Below, one piece after another: positions 1-9,778 of a stretch of 15,091 bases of DNA. The stretch covers positions 1-15,091 of the forward strand of contig JAQGDQ010002511.1 of NCBI GenBank assembly GCA_030141605.1, read 5' to 3'. Every line of letters begins with the position of its first letter. The first letter of the stretch is position 1. This DNA is from Tubiluchus corallicola (taxonomy: Eukaryota; Animalia; Priapulida). Below the pieces are notes generated by a model. It saw only the letters and a program-made list of their open reading frames with translations. It made no database searches and had not been told where the DNA came from. The translations under genes and the position numbers were made by a program.

Positions 1-2040
1 TCCAAACTTTATTTTTTAAATTATCTAATAGAAGGTGCAAAAGGCGAGTATGTTACCATTGCTACTACGCGTCCTGAAACAATACTGGGAGACACTGCTG
101 TGTGTGTCAATCCTAAGGATAAAAGATACAAACACCTCAAAGGCAAAAAGGTGCTAGTGCCTCTTATCAATAGGGCAATACCTATTATAGAAGACGAGTA
201 TGTGGATGTAGAGTTTGGAACGGGGTGCTTGAAGATAACTCCTGCTCACGATATTAATGACTATCAAATAGGGCAGAACCACAATCTTGAGATTGTTGAT
301 ATTTTCAATGACGATGGTACTCTCAATGAAAAAGCACAACTTTATGTAGGTAAAGACCGTTTTGCAGTGAGGGAGGAAATCGTCAAAGACTTGAAAAAAG
401 CAGGCAATTTTCAAAAAGAGGAAGATTATACAAACAAAGTATCCCGTTCGGAAAGGACACACGAGGTGATAGAACCTAAACTATCTACTCAATGGTTTGT
501 TAAAATGGAGAAACTGTCTAAGCCTGCTTTTGAAAATGTGATGAACGATAATATTAGCCTACACCCGCCTAAGTTTAAAAATGTCTACCGTCATTGGATG
601 GAGAATATTAAAGACTGGTGCATATCAAGACAATTGTGGTGGGGACACCGGATTCCTGCTTATTATTTGCCAAGTGGTAAATACGTTGTTGCAGAGACGA
701 AGGGGAAAGCTCTGGAAAAAGCACAGCAGGATGTGGAGAACAAAGAACTTAAATTAGAAGATTTGACACAAGACCTTGATGTACTTGATACTTGGTTCTC
801 TTCGTGGCTATGGCCTATCACCGTGTTTAATGGCATCAATCAGCCTGATAATGAGGAGATAAGCTACTATTATCCCACAAATGATCTTGTAACAGCTCCG
901 GAAATACTGTTTTTTTGGGTGGCTCGTATGATTATAGCAGGTTATGAGTATAAAGGGGAAAAGCCTTTTAAAAATGTATATCTCACGGGTATAGTAAGAG
1001 ACAAACAGCGGCGCAAGATGTCTAAATCGTTGGGCAATTCGCCTGACCCTTTGTATCTGATAAAAAAATATGGGGCAGATGGTGTAAGAGTTGGTATGTT
1101 GTTGTGCTCGCCTGCGGGGGGTGATCTCCTGTTTGATGAAAGCCTAACAGAGCAGGGTCGTAATTTTGCTAATAAAGTGTGGAATACTTTACGTTTGGTG
1201 AAGAGTTGGAAAGTAGATCCCCAGTTACCTCAAGCACAAGAAAATAAACAAGCTATCCAATGGTTTGAACATAAACTCAACTGCTCCTTAGAGCAACTGG
1301 ATAAGCTATTTAAGCAATACCGATTATCAGAAGCCTTGATGCATACTTATACTTTGTTGAAGGACGACTTTTCGGCTTGGTATTTGGAGGTGATAAAGCC
1401 TGCTTATCAACAACCAATAGATAAAAAGACTTATGATGCTACTATAGATATTTTTGAGAAACTGTTGAAGATATTGCATCCGTTTATGCCCTTCATCACC
1501 GAAGAAATATACCATACCTTACGACAACGCAAAGAGAATGAAAGTATAATGGTCTCTCAAATGCCAGAGCTAGAAGAGTATGACAAGGATATATTAGACC
1601 AGTTTGAAATAGCCAAAGAAATAACAACCGCTGTAAGAGCCATAAGAAAAGAGAAAAATATTGCACAAAAACAAATGGTACAACTCTTAACCAATGCTAC
1701 TCAGCTGCCTTGCTATAAGGATGTGATAACCAAACTAAATAACATAGAGGCAATAATTACTACTACTGAAAAGCCAGAGCAAGCCTCTTCGTTTATGATA
1801 AGGACAACAGAATACTACATCCCACTTGATAATGTGATAGACAAAGAGCAAGAACTGAAAAAACTGCAAGAAGAACTCAATTATACACAAGGTTTTCTTG
1901 CCTCCATAATGAAAAAATTAGACAATGAGAAGTTTGTAAATAATGCTCCTGCACAGGTAGTAAAAATGGAACAAAAAAAACAAAAAGATGCAGAGGAGAA
2001 AATAAAAACCTTGCAAGAGACAATAACTTCGTTGAGTTAG
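1..2040 (+). CDS. valS: Valine--tRNA ligase, 5'-truncated by the window edge
   Basis: The frame is open from base 1 (SKLYFLNYLIEGAKGEYVTIATTRPETILGDTAVCVNP), so the GTG at 100 is not the real start. It has the class Ia motifs ATTRPET, GTGCLKITPAHD, DWCISRQLWWGHRIP, DVLDTWFSS and KMSKS, plus the ValRS C-terminal coiled coil (KLDNEKFVNNAP). Confidence 0.98.
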   Translation, partial: SKLYFLNYLIEGAKGEYVTIATTRPETILGDTAVCVNPKDKRYKHLKGKKVLVPLINRAIPIIEDEYVDVEFGTGCLKITPAHDINDYQIGQNHNLEIVDIFNDDGTLNEKAQLYVGKDRFAVREEIVKDLKKAGNFQKEEDYTNKVSRSERTHEVIEPKLSTQWFVKMEKLSKPAFENVMNDNISLHPPKFKNVYRHWMENIKDWCISRQLWWGHRIPAYYLPSGKYVVAETKGKALEKAQQDVENKELKLEDLTQDLDVLDTWFSSWLWPITVFNGINQPDNEEISYYYPTNDLVTAPEILFFWVARMIIAGYEYKGEKPFKNVYLTGIVRDKQRRKMSKSLGNSPDPLYLIKKYGADGVRVGMLLCSPAGGDLLFDESLTEQGRNFANKVWNTLRLVKSWKVDPQLPQAQENKQAIQWFEHKLNCSLEQLDKLFKQYRLSEALMHTYTLLKDDFSAWYLEVIKPAYQQPIDKKTYDATIDIFEKLLKILHPFMPFITEEIYHTLRQRKENESIMVSQMPELEEYDKDILDQFEIAKEITTAVRAIRKEKNIAQKQMVQLLTNATQLPCYKDVITKLNNIEAIITTTEKPEQASSFMIRTTEYYIPLDNVIDKEQELKKLQEELNYTQGFLASIMKKLDNEKFVNNAPAQVVKMEQKKQKDAEEKIKTLQETITSLS

Positions 2041-2053
2041 AAATGTCTTATTC

Positions 2054-3325
2054 TTAGGAACTGTTGTTTTCTGCAAAGCCTTTATTTTTTATGTGGGTTA
2101 TTTTGCTTTCTATTTTACCTTTTGCTAAGGTGGTTTGTAGTTTGTCTCCTTGTCGTAGAGCAGTCGTATTTCTGAGTATTTTGCCATTGAGAGAGGTAAG
2201 ACTATACCCTTTTTTCAGTATGTTAATAGGGTTGAGATAGTCGTTCTTGTTTTGGAGTAGATGTAGTTGGTACTGTTGGTTTGTAAGCAGGCTCTGTGTG
2301 TAATGACGCAGGTTGTGTGTATATGTTGCAAGTTGTTGTGTTTGGTGGGTGAGAACAGTTTCTACGGCAGGTACAAAATGTGCAATGGTTTGGTTAAGGT
2401 GTTGCTGTAGATGGTTGATATGGTCTTGCGTATGGCTGATAATACGATTTTGCAAGTCGTTTATGTGCTGTTCTACTTGGTGTAGGCTATTGATAAGATG
2501 CTGGGCAACAGCTGTGGGTGTTTTTAGCTTTGTGTGAGCTACAATGTCTGCTATGGTATCGTCTCGTTCGTGTCCAATTCCTGTAATAATGGGTAAAGGG
2601 TACTGTGCTATGTTTTGTGCAAGGGGGTAGCTATCGAAACAGCTAAGGTCTGTTTGCGAGCCTCCTCCTCGGACAAGCACTACAAGGTCAAAAAAGTTTT
2701 CATATTGATGTATTTGGTCTAAGGCTTGAATGATGCTATTTTCTGCTTTTTCGCCTTGCATTGTGGCAGGGAATAGTTTGTGGTAGAATTTAAATTGGTG
2801 AGGATTATTGTCTAACTGGTTGATGAAATCTTCATAGCCTGCGGCAGTAGGAGAGGAAATGATGGCTATCTTTTGTGGCACAAGAGGAGAAGGCAGTTGT
2901 TTGTTCATATCTATAATACCTTCTTCTTGCAGTTGTTCAATAATTTGCTGGCGTTTTTGGGCTATATCTCCTAAGGTGTAGGTAGGGTCTATATCCCGTA
3001 CATTGAGAGTATAACCGTATTTTTCGTCAAATTCTATGTAGACTTTAACAAGTATTTTCAATCCACTTTTCAGGGTTTGGTTGGTAGAGGTTCGGAAAAA
3101 GGGTTTTAGCATTCGGTAGGTGTATGCCCAAATGGTAGCTCGGGCTTGTGCTATGATGTTGTCGGTTTTTTCTGATTTTTCTATTAGTTCGAGGTAACAG
3201 TGTCCGTTAGGGTTTTCACTGAGTTGGCTTATTTCTGCTGTGAGCCAGACGGTTTGTGTAAAGTGGTTGGTGATGTGTTTTTTAAGTTGGTGGTTGAGTT
3301 TGTAAAGAGAGGTGTGCTTTGTCAT
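2054..3325 (-). CDS. xseA: Exodeoxyribonuclease VII large subunit
   Basis: N-terminal OB-fold (VWLTAEIS...GHCYLELIEK), motifs SSPTAAGYEDF, RGGGS, GIGHERD and TPTAVA, a coiled coil, and the C-terminal LNPINILKKGYS. Confidence 0.96.
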   Translation of the reverse strand: MTKHTSLYKLNHQLKKHITNHFTQTVWLTAEISQLSENPNGHCYLELIEKSEKTDNIIAQARATIWAYTYRMLKPFFRTSTNQTLKSGLKILVKVYIEFDEKYGYTLNVRDIDPTYTLGDIAQKRQQIIEQLQEEGIIDMNKQLPSPLVPQKIAIISSPTAAGYEDFINQLDNNPHQFKFYHKLFPATMQGEKAENSIIQALDQIHQYENFFDLVVLVRGGGSQTDLSCFDSYPLAQNIAQYPLPIITGIGHERDDTIADIVAHTKLKTPTAVAQHLINSLHQVEQHINDLQNRIISHTQDHINHLQQHLNQTIAHFVPAVETVLTHQTQQLATYTHNLRHYTQSLLTNQQYQLHLLQNKNDYLNPINILKKGYSLTSLNGKILRNTTALRQGDKLQTTLAKGKIESKITHIKNKGFAENNSS

Positions 3326-3413
3326 AAGGAATTTTAAAATGAATTAACAGGTCTACTAAGTTATAATTTTTTTAGGAACACATTATCTTTAATTTTTGTT
3401 TTGTAAGTTTTGT

Positions 3414-3421
3414 TACATTTG
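3414..3421 (+). promoter_or_regulatory. Bacteroidota sigma-A -7 element (TACATTTG) upstream of the coaX operon
   Basis: Exact TAnnTTTG match 30 bp before the coaX ATG in the divergent xseA/coaX intergenic region. No -33 TTTG at the canonical spacing. Confidence 0.6.
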
Positions 3422-3451
3422 CGATTGTCTTTGTCTTTGTAACTCAACATT

Positions 3452-4180
3452 ATGAATTTAGTTATTGATATTGGTAATTCTTTTGTGAAAGCAGCTGTTT
3501 TCGATGGTGAAAAGGAGTGTATGATGGTTAAGCGCTACTCTAATTTTTCTATAAAAGAGGTAAAAGAATGGTTTAATTGGTATAGTGATATAACGCATTC
3601 TATTTTGTCAACTGTTGGGAAAAATTATAATGATGTAGAGAATTACCTGTCTGAAAGGACTAAATTTATCAAATTAAGTAACAAAACAAAAATTCCAATT
3701 AAAAACAACTATTATTCTACTTCTACTTTAGGTAAAGACAGAATAGCAGCAGTGGTGGGTGCTAATTTTTTGTATCCGAATAAAAATTTGTTGGTTATTG
3801 ATACTGGTTCTGCCATTACTTTTGATGTGGTGGTGGATGATGTTTTTATTGGAGGAAATATTTCATTGGGGATGGAAATGAGGTATAAAGCATTGAATAG
3901 TTTTACGGAAAACTTACCTTTGTTGAAATATAATGATAATTTTGAACTGATAGGGAAGAATACTAATGAAGCTATTGTAAGTGGAGTGCAGAATGGCATC
4001 TTGGCAGAAGTAGAAAATTACATTAATGTTTTAAAAAAGAAATACTCTAATCTAAATGTAATTCTAACCGGAGGAGATATTCTTTTCTTTGAGAAAAGAA
4101 TAAAAAGTCGCATATTTGCAGAACCAATTTTGGTACTGATAGGTTTAAATAGAATATCTTATTACAATAATGCTCTATAA
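3452..4180 (+). CDS. coaX: Type III pantothenate kinase
   Basis: Motifs IDIGNS, LGKDR, VIDTGSAITFD, GGNISLG and ILTGGD; 242 aa is typical. Confidence 0.95.
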   Translation: MNLVIDIGNSFVKAAVFDGEKECMMVKRYSNFSIKEVKEWFNWYSDITHSILSTVGKNYNDVENYLSERTKFIKLSNKTKIPIKNNYYSTSTLGKDRIAAVVGANFLYPNKNLLVIDTGSAITFDVVVDDVFIGGNISLGMEMRYKALNSFTENLPLLKYNDNFELIGKNTNEAIVSGVQNGILAEVENYINVLKKKYSNLNVILTGGDILFFEKRIKSRIFAEPILVLIGLNRISYYNNAL

Positions 4181-5447
4181 GAAGCAGAAAAAGTTTTTAT
4201 CGTTATTGTTAGGGCTGGGTTTGTTTTTGCATTCTTACTCTCAAAATAATACTAAGTCGCCACTTTCGAGGTATGGTGTAGGTGATATGAGTATTACAAA
4301 TAGATTTGGACAGGTAAATGGTATGGGGGGTACAGGTATTGGTCTGAAAACAAAAGATAATCTTAACTACATTAACCCTGCATCTTATAGTGGTATTGAT
4401 AGTTCTTCCTTTTTATTTGAAATAGGAGTATGGGGTAAATCGTCCGATTTTTTTTCTGCTGATGCTTCTGGTAGCACTCTAACAACTAACTTTAACTATT
4501 TTGCTTTTGGTCTTAGGTTTAGCAAGTTTTGGACAACAAGTGTAGGATTATTGCCTTATTCCAATGTAGGTTATAACCTTTTATTTGAAGGTGGTGATAT
4601 TGGAAACACAGAAAGTTCAAGCACTAATTTTATAGGAAAAGGAGGCTTAAGTTTAGCTTATATAAGCAACACTTTTGGTTATAAGAATATTGCCCTTGGG
4701 GTAAAGTTGGGTTACTTATTGGGACCTCTTATATATGATCAGGTTATTTACTTTGATAATGTGGAAAGCTATATTATTGTAGAAAATAAAAAGGTAGAAG
4801 TAGGAAACTTGTATCTTGATTTTGGTGTGCAGTATGATTTTGCATTGAACGATGAATACAATATGGTTTTAGGAGCTATTTTTACTCCTCAAACAAGAAT
4901 AAAAGCTGGATATGAAGAGTTTACTTACAAAACAAGTGCTGTGATAAGTGGTATTAGAGATACAGTAAGCTACGAAAAGATGGATAGAGGAAAAGGAAAT
5001 ATTGTATTGCCCTTAAAATACGGAATAGGAGTAGCGATAAGTAATGAGAAGTTGTGGCTTGGGGTGGACTATACCTATTCTGATTGGGAGAATGCTTCTA
5101 TGTTTGGTAGCAGTGATGATTTTTCAAACTCTAATAGGCTTTCAATGGGTTTGGAATTTACCCCTAAAAAAGACGCCTTCAAAGGCTATTACAATAGAAT
5201 AAATTATAGAGCAGGAGTTTTTTATAAAAAGGGTTATTTGAATATCAATGATAATGATGTAGTTCACATAGGTGCTACCTTGGGATTTGGGCTTCCATAC
5301 GGGCGTGATAATAATGCTGTTAACATAGCATTTGAAGTAGGAAGGCAAGGAGATGTAGATAAAAATATTATTAAAGAAAATTATTTTTTGACTACTTTTA
5401 GCCTGAGATTTAAAGAAACTTGGTTTCAAAAACCAAAATATAGATAA
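4170..5447 (+). CDS. Outer-membrane beta-barrel protein, FadL/OmpP1-like, of the type found after coaX in Bacteroidota
   Basis: Signal peptide (basic N-terminus, hydrophobic core, SYS-Q), SPLSRYGVG, GMGG and NPA plug-region motifs, alternating aromatic beta-strands and C-terminal WFQKPKY. Overlaps coaX by 11 nt. Confidence 0.7.
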   Translation: MLYKKQKKFLSLLLGLGLFLHSYSQNNTKSPLSRYGVGDMSITNRFGQVNGMGGTGIGLKTKDNLNYINPASYSGIDSSSFLFEIGVWGKSSDFFSADASGSTLTTNFNYFAFGLRFSKFWTTSVGLLPYSNVGYNLLFEGGDIGNTESSSTNFIGKGGLSLAYISNTFGYKNIALGVKLGYLLGPLIYDQVIYFDNVESYIIVENKKVEVGNLYLDFGVQYDFALNDEYNMVLGAIFTPQTRIKAGYEEFTYKTSAVISGIRDTVSYEKMDRGKGNIVLPLKYGIGVAISNEKLWLGVDYTYSDWENASMFGSSDDFSNSNRLSMGLEFTPKKDAFKGYYNRINYRAGVFYKKGYLNINDNDVVHIGATLGFGLPYGRDNNAVNIAFEVGRQGDVDKNIIKENYFLTTFSLRFKETWFQKPKYR

Positions 5448-5493
5448 AAAATTGTTATTTTTATATTTAGAATAGAAAAATTTTAAAAAGATT

Positions 5494-6840
5494 ATGAGAA
5501 AAATAAATATTGTATTGGGGTTATTTTTTGTTTTAACAGCAATTTCTTTTTCCCAGAAGGGGATAGAAGATGGCTCAAAGTTTGGGAAAGGAGAAGATAG
5601 TATTAGAGCAGTAACGAGCCTCTCATTATTTAGTGAGTTTGTAAAACAAAAAAACTATGAAGATGCTTTGCCATATTTTAGAATTGTGTTTTTTGAGGCT
5701 CCCCGTGCAAGTAAGAACATCTATATAAGAGGTGTAGCATTGATGCAAAATAGAGTAAAAACAGCTAAAGACCAAGCTACGAAGAATGCATATATTGATA
5801 CATTGATGATGGTGTATGACCAGCGTATAAAATACTATGGCAGCGACTCTAAATACCCAGAAGCTTGGGTGTTAGGAAGAAAAGGAATAGATCTATACAA
5901 CTATGCAAAAAACGATGTAGAAAGGTCAAAAGAAGCCATAGGATATATGGAACAATCATTGGCCAATAGAAAAGGAAAAACAGAGGCAACTGTATGTGTT
6001 ACTTTAATGGTAATAACAGTTAACCTTTTTAAAAATGGAGATTTACCAGAGGAAAAGGTGGTAGAAACTTATATGAATACTATGGAAGCGATGAATGCTC
6101 AATTGTCTGTTAATAGAGCTGTTGCAGAAGCAGGAATTAAAAATATAGAGACAATGTTTCTTGGTAGTGGGGCTGGCAGTTGTGAAAAATTGATTGAAAT
6201 AGCAGAGAAGCAATATAAAACAAATAGCAATGATGTAGCAGCACTGAAAAGAACGCTAAAATTGCTAAAAGCCAAAAAATGTGATGATAGTAAAATATTC
6301 TTTACTGCCTCAGAAAAACTATACAGCTTAGAACCCTCGGCAGTGGCAGCATATGGCTTGGCTAAAATGTCTTTGATGAAAAATGACCATAATAGCACCA
6401 TAGAATACTTCAATAGAGCTATAGAATTGGAAGAGAGCAGTGAAGGAAAGGCGAAGTATTGCTACGAACTATCATCAGTATTGTACGATAAGAAAAAAGA
6501 CTATGCAAAGGCTAAAAGCTACGCATTGAAGGCTGCTAACTACAATCCAAACTGGGGACAACCTTATATTCTTATCGGAAATATGTATGCAGGTTATAGC
6601 AAGCAATATGGAGACAATGAATTTGAAAACAAGACTTTATACTGGGCAGCGGTGGATAAGTTTGTGAAAGCAAAAGCAGTAGATCCATCATCATCGGCAG
6701 AAGCGAATAAAAATATAGCTTTGTATTCAAAATATTTTCCTGATAAAGAAGAACTTTTCTTCCAAGGTTTTCAAGAAGGACAAACCTACAAAATTGGAAG
6801 TTGGATAAATGAAACGACCAAAACACGTGCCGCTAAGTAA
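5494..6840 (+). CDS. Exported tetratricopeptide-repeat protein
   Basis: Signal peptide (MRKINIVLGLFFVLTAISFSQ) and TPR-like helices (AAYGLAK...YFNRAIELE; AKSYALKAANYNPNWGQPYILIGNMYA; AVDKFVKAKAVDP). Confidence 0.85.
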   Translation: MRKINIVLGLFFVLTAISFSQKGIEDGSKFGKGEDSIRAVTSLSLFSEFVKQKNYEDALPYFRIVFFEAPRASKNIYIRGVALMQNRVKTAKDQATKNAYIDTLMMVYDQRIKYYGSDSKYPEAWVLGRKGIDLYNYAKNDVERSKEAIGYMEQSLANRKGKTEATVCVTLMVITVNLFKNGDLPEEKVVETYMNTMEAMNAQLSVNRAVAEAGIKNIETMFLGSGAGSCEKLIEIAEKQYKTNSNDVAALKRTLKLLKAKKCDDSKIFFTASEKLYSLEPSAVAAYGLAKMSLMKNDHNSTIEYFNRAIELEESSEGKAKYCYELSSVLYDKKKDYAKAKSYALKAANYNPNWGQPYILIGNMYAGYSKQYGDNEFENKTLYWAAVDKFVKAKAVDPSSSAEANKNIALYSKYFPDKEELFFQGFQEGQTYKIGSWINETTKTRAAK

Positions 6841-7393
6841 AATAAAAATTAGAAAAAACAACTTATTACTTTTTTTAATAGGAATAAGTGTTTTTCTCTC
6901 GTGCGAAAACCGAAATGAAAATATAGAAAAGTTTGCATCACAAGAAGAAGATTTTCTTATTGTATATGTTGAAGATTATAATGTTAACTATTTTGACTCT
7001 GCAAAGTTAAAAGCCTATTTTTTTGCCCCAATAGCAAAAAAGTTTGATAAGGATAAAGACGACTATATGGAGTTTCCTGATGGATTGAGGATGACCCAAT
7101 TAGATAGTAATAAAAACGAAACTTCTAAGCTAACTTGCGATTATGCTATCTACTACGAAGATAATGATTTGTGGGAGGCAAGGAGAAATGTAGTAGTTGT
7201 CAATAGTGAAAAGGATACTATAAAAACAGAACTAATGTTTTGGGATGTTCAAAAACAAAAAGTTTATTCTGACGAATTTGTGCAAATTTATAAAACAAAT
7301 AGAATTATACAAGGTATTGGATTTGAAGCCAATGAAAGGTTTGAGAATTACAAAATATTTAAACCAAAGGGAACTATATACGTAGAAAAGTAA
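6809..7393 (+). CDS. lptC: LPS export ABC transporter periplasmic protein LptC (probable lipoprotein)
   Basis: Hydrophobic stretch ending FLSC, then the beta-jellyroll pattern EFPDG, LTCDYAIYY, LWEARRNVVV, TELMFWD, YSDEFVQI, GIGFEAN. Its position after coaX-OMP-TPR matches Bacteroidota gene order. Start uncertain. Confidence 0.85.
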   Translation: MKRPKHVPLSKIKIRKNNLLLFLIGISVFLSCENRNENIEKFASQEEDFLIVYVEDYNVNYFDSAKLKAYFFAPIAKKFDKDKDDYMEFPDGLRMTQLDSNKNETSKLTCDYAIYYEDNDLWEARRNVVVVNSEKDTIKTELMFWDVQKQKVYSDEFVQIYKTNRIIQGIGFEANERFENYKIFKPKGTIYVEK

Positions 7394-7427
7394 CTTATTA
7401 ATAAAACTATATTAAGCTTATAAAACA

Positions 7428-8696
7428 ATGAAGGTATTATTATTAGGCTCAGGAGGTAGGGAACACGCTTTAGCTTGGAAACTATGTCAAAGTAATAAGT
7501 TGAGGAAATTATTTGTCGCTACAGGAAATGCAGGAACATCCAACCTTGGAATAAATGTAGCTATATCCCCCAGCGATTTTACTGCCGTTAAGAGGTTTGT
7601 ATTGGATAAAGAGATAGATATGGTAGTGGTAGGACCCGAAGAACCACTAGTAAAAGGTATTGTAAATTTTTTCACAGAAGATAGTGAGCTAAACAATGTC
7701 CCCATCATAGGTCCCTCAAAAGAGGGGGCGAAGTTGGAAGGCAGCAAGGAGTTTGCAAAACAATTTATGCAACGGCACAACATACCTACTGCTAAATATA
7801 AAAGTGTAACTACTGTAGAGGAAGGAGTGGAATTTTTGAAAACACTGCAAGCACCCTATGTGTTGAAAGCAGATGGTTTGGCAGCAGGGAAAGGGGTTTC
7901 GATAGTAGATAGCTTGGAAAAAGCTGAGAAGGAATTGAAAATAATGCTAAGTGGGAAATTTGGTGATGCCAGTTCTAAGGTGGTAATAGAAGAGTTTTTA
8001 GACGGTATAGAACTATCTGTGTTTATTCTTACAGATGGGAACTCGTATGTGATGCTACCAACAGCAAAGGATTATAAAAGGGTGGGTGAAAACAATACAG
8101 GACCTAATACTGGTGGTATGGGAGCAGTTTCTCCTGTGCCTTTTGCTAACAAAATCTTTATGGATAAAATAGAGAAGCAAATAATAATTCCTACTATAGA
8201 AGGGCTAAAGAAAGAAAACATTTGCTACAAAGGATTTATTTTCTTTGGACTTATAAAATGTCAGGACGATCCGTTTGTGATAGAGTATAACGTAAGAATG
8301 GGAGATCCTGAAACACAAGCTATTATGCCAAGGTTGAAATCGGATTTACTCTCATTATTCAAGAGTATTGCTAATGAAGATTTACACAGTCAAAAAGTAG
8401 AAATAGATGATTTTCATACTGCTACAGTAGTGCTAACTTCCAAAGGCTATCCATTGGAGTATGAAACAGGAAAGGAAATATCTAACTTTTATAAAGTGAA
8501 TGATAGCTTCGTATTTCACGCGGGGACAAAAACAGAAGACGGTGATAAGGTGGTTACAGCAGGAGGCAGGGTAGTAGCCATATCTTCTAAGGGAAGGAAT
8601 TTGAAAGAAGCATTAGAAAAAAGTTACCAATCCACTGATATTATTTCATTCGAAGGAAAGTACTATCGCAATGATATTGGTTTTGACATTATATAG
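7428..8696 (+). CDS. purD: Phosphoribosylamine--glycine ligase
   Basis: Motifs GSGGREHALAW, VVGPEEPL, LEGSKEFAK, KADGLAAGKGV, GPNTGGMG, EYNVRMGDPE and YRNDIG. Confidence 0.98.
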   Translation: MKVLLLGSGGREHALAWKLCQSNKLRKLFVATGNAGTSNLGINVAISPSDFTAVKRFVLDKEIDMVVVGPEEPLVKGIVNFFTEDSELNNVPIIGPSKEGAKLEGSKEFAKQFMQRHNIPTAKYKSVTTVEEGVEFLKTLQAPYVLKADGLAAGKGVSIVDSLEKAEKELKIMLSGKFGDASSKVVIEEFLDGIELSVFILTDGNSYVMLPTAKDYKRVGENNTGPNTGGMGAVSPVPFANKIFMDKIEKQIIIPTIEGLKKENICYKGFIFFGLIKCQDDPFVIEYNVRMGDPETQAIMPRLKSDLLSLFKSIANEDLHSQKVEIDDFHTATVVLTSKGYPLEYETGKEISNFYKVNDSFVFHAGTKTEDGDKVVTAGGRVVAISSKGRNLKEALEKSYQSTDIISFEGKYYRNDIGFDII

Positions 8697-8733
8697 AATA
8701 TAAAATTGAACTTCCATTTAACATTTGTAGTGT

Positions 8734-9717
8734 ATGATAATTGGGGTAGTAAAAAAAAATAATTTATACAATTTTGTATTAATACCTGTATTGATATTTT
8801 TGTTTTGGGCTAGAAATTTACTTGTTGGCTTTCCAGAACCCCACATTGCTCAAAATCAAAGTGCCTTAATATCTTTTTTTCTTTGTATCAAGGATAATTT
8901 TAACCTCTCAAATGCCTTTATAGAGTTATTTCTTCTTATATTAGTTGTACTGTATGGAATAAAATTTAGTCTTCAACACGATATTTTAAAAGTCAAGAAT
9001 GTTTTTCCTGTTCTTGTATTTATAATTCTCCTTGAAGCCTCGAAACATTTTTACAGCTTAAACTTTACAATACTTATACCTCTTTTTATTGCTGGTAGTT
9101 TAGAGGCAATATTTAGTACCCATAATAAAAAATATACTATAACTCATTATTTCCATTCCTCATTACTTCTATCAGTTGCATCTTTGTTTTATTTCAAAGT
9201 TATTTTCATATTGCCATTTATTTGGATAAGTAGTATCATAATCAAGAACTTTAGCCTTAGAGTGTTTATGGTGTCATTTGTTGGTATTGCTATTCCTTGG
9301 ATATTTACTTTTGTCTATTATTTTTACTGTGATAACTTATCTGCCTTATATTATTTTGTAGAATGGCCTTTTGTAAAGTCTTTTTCATTTAATTTCAACT
9401 ATCAACTCAAAATCTTACTATGGGTTTTTATTTTCATTATAGGTCTTTCTACTCTAAGTTTTTTGACTACTCTCACAAAAATGGCTAACTCTTCTATAAA
9501 TAGAATTTTAATCTTATTAAGTCTAGCTTTTATAAGTATAATTAATATTATCATTTTCTTCCCAAATGTGAAAGAATTTCTTATTATACTATATATTCCT
9601 TTGTCATACATATTAGCTTATTTCTTTTTGTCTATTAACAGGTTAGTTGCAGAGATACTTTTCATTATTCTTTTACTATCAGCCTATATATTGCCCAATT
9701 ACGAAATAATATTTTAA
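8734..9717 (+). CDS. Polytopic inner-membrane protein of unknown function (possibly DUF6427-like)
   Basis: 327 aa, very rich in F/I/L, with many hydrophobic segments. The family guess rests on recall of similar proteins next to purD in Bacteroidota and the segment LLLSVASLFYF; it is not verified. Confidence 0.7.
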   Translation: MIIGVVKKNNLYNFVLIPVLIFLFWARNLLVGFPEPHIAQNQSALISFFLCIKDNFNLSNAFIELFLLILVVLYGIKFSLQHDILKVKNVFPVLVFIILLEASKHFYSLNFTILIPLFIAGSLEAIFSTHNKKYTITHYFHSSLLLSVASLFYFKVIFILPFIWISSIIIKNFSLRVFMVSFVGIAIPWIFTFVYYFYCDNLSALYYFVEWPFVKSFSFNFNYQLKILLWVFIFIIGLSTLSFLTTLTKMANSSINRILILLSLAFISIINIIIFFPNVKEFLIILYIPLSYILAYFFLSINRLVAEILFIILLLSAYILPNYEIIF

Positions 9718-9727
9718 TCTAATGTCT

Positions 9728-9735
9728 TAACTTTG
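9728..9735 (+). promoter_or_regulatory. Candidate Bacteroidota -7 element (TAACTTTG) for the oxidoreductase-rsmI unit
   Basis: Exact TAnnTTTG match just after the 9717 stop and 43 bp before the ATG at 9779. Confidence 0.45.
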
Positions 9736-9778
9736 AAAAAACTTGTTTGAAAAAGATAATTATCAAGATAAGAATTTA

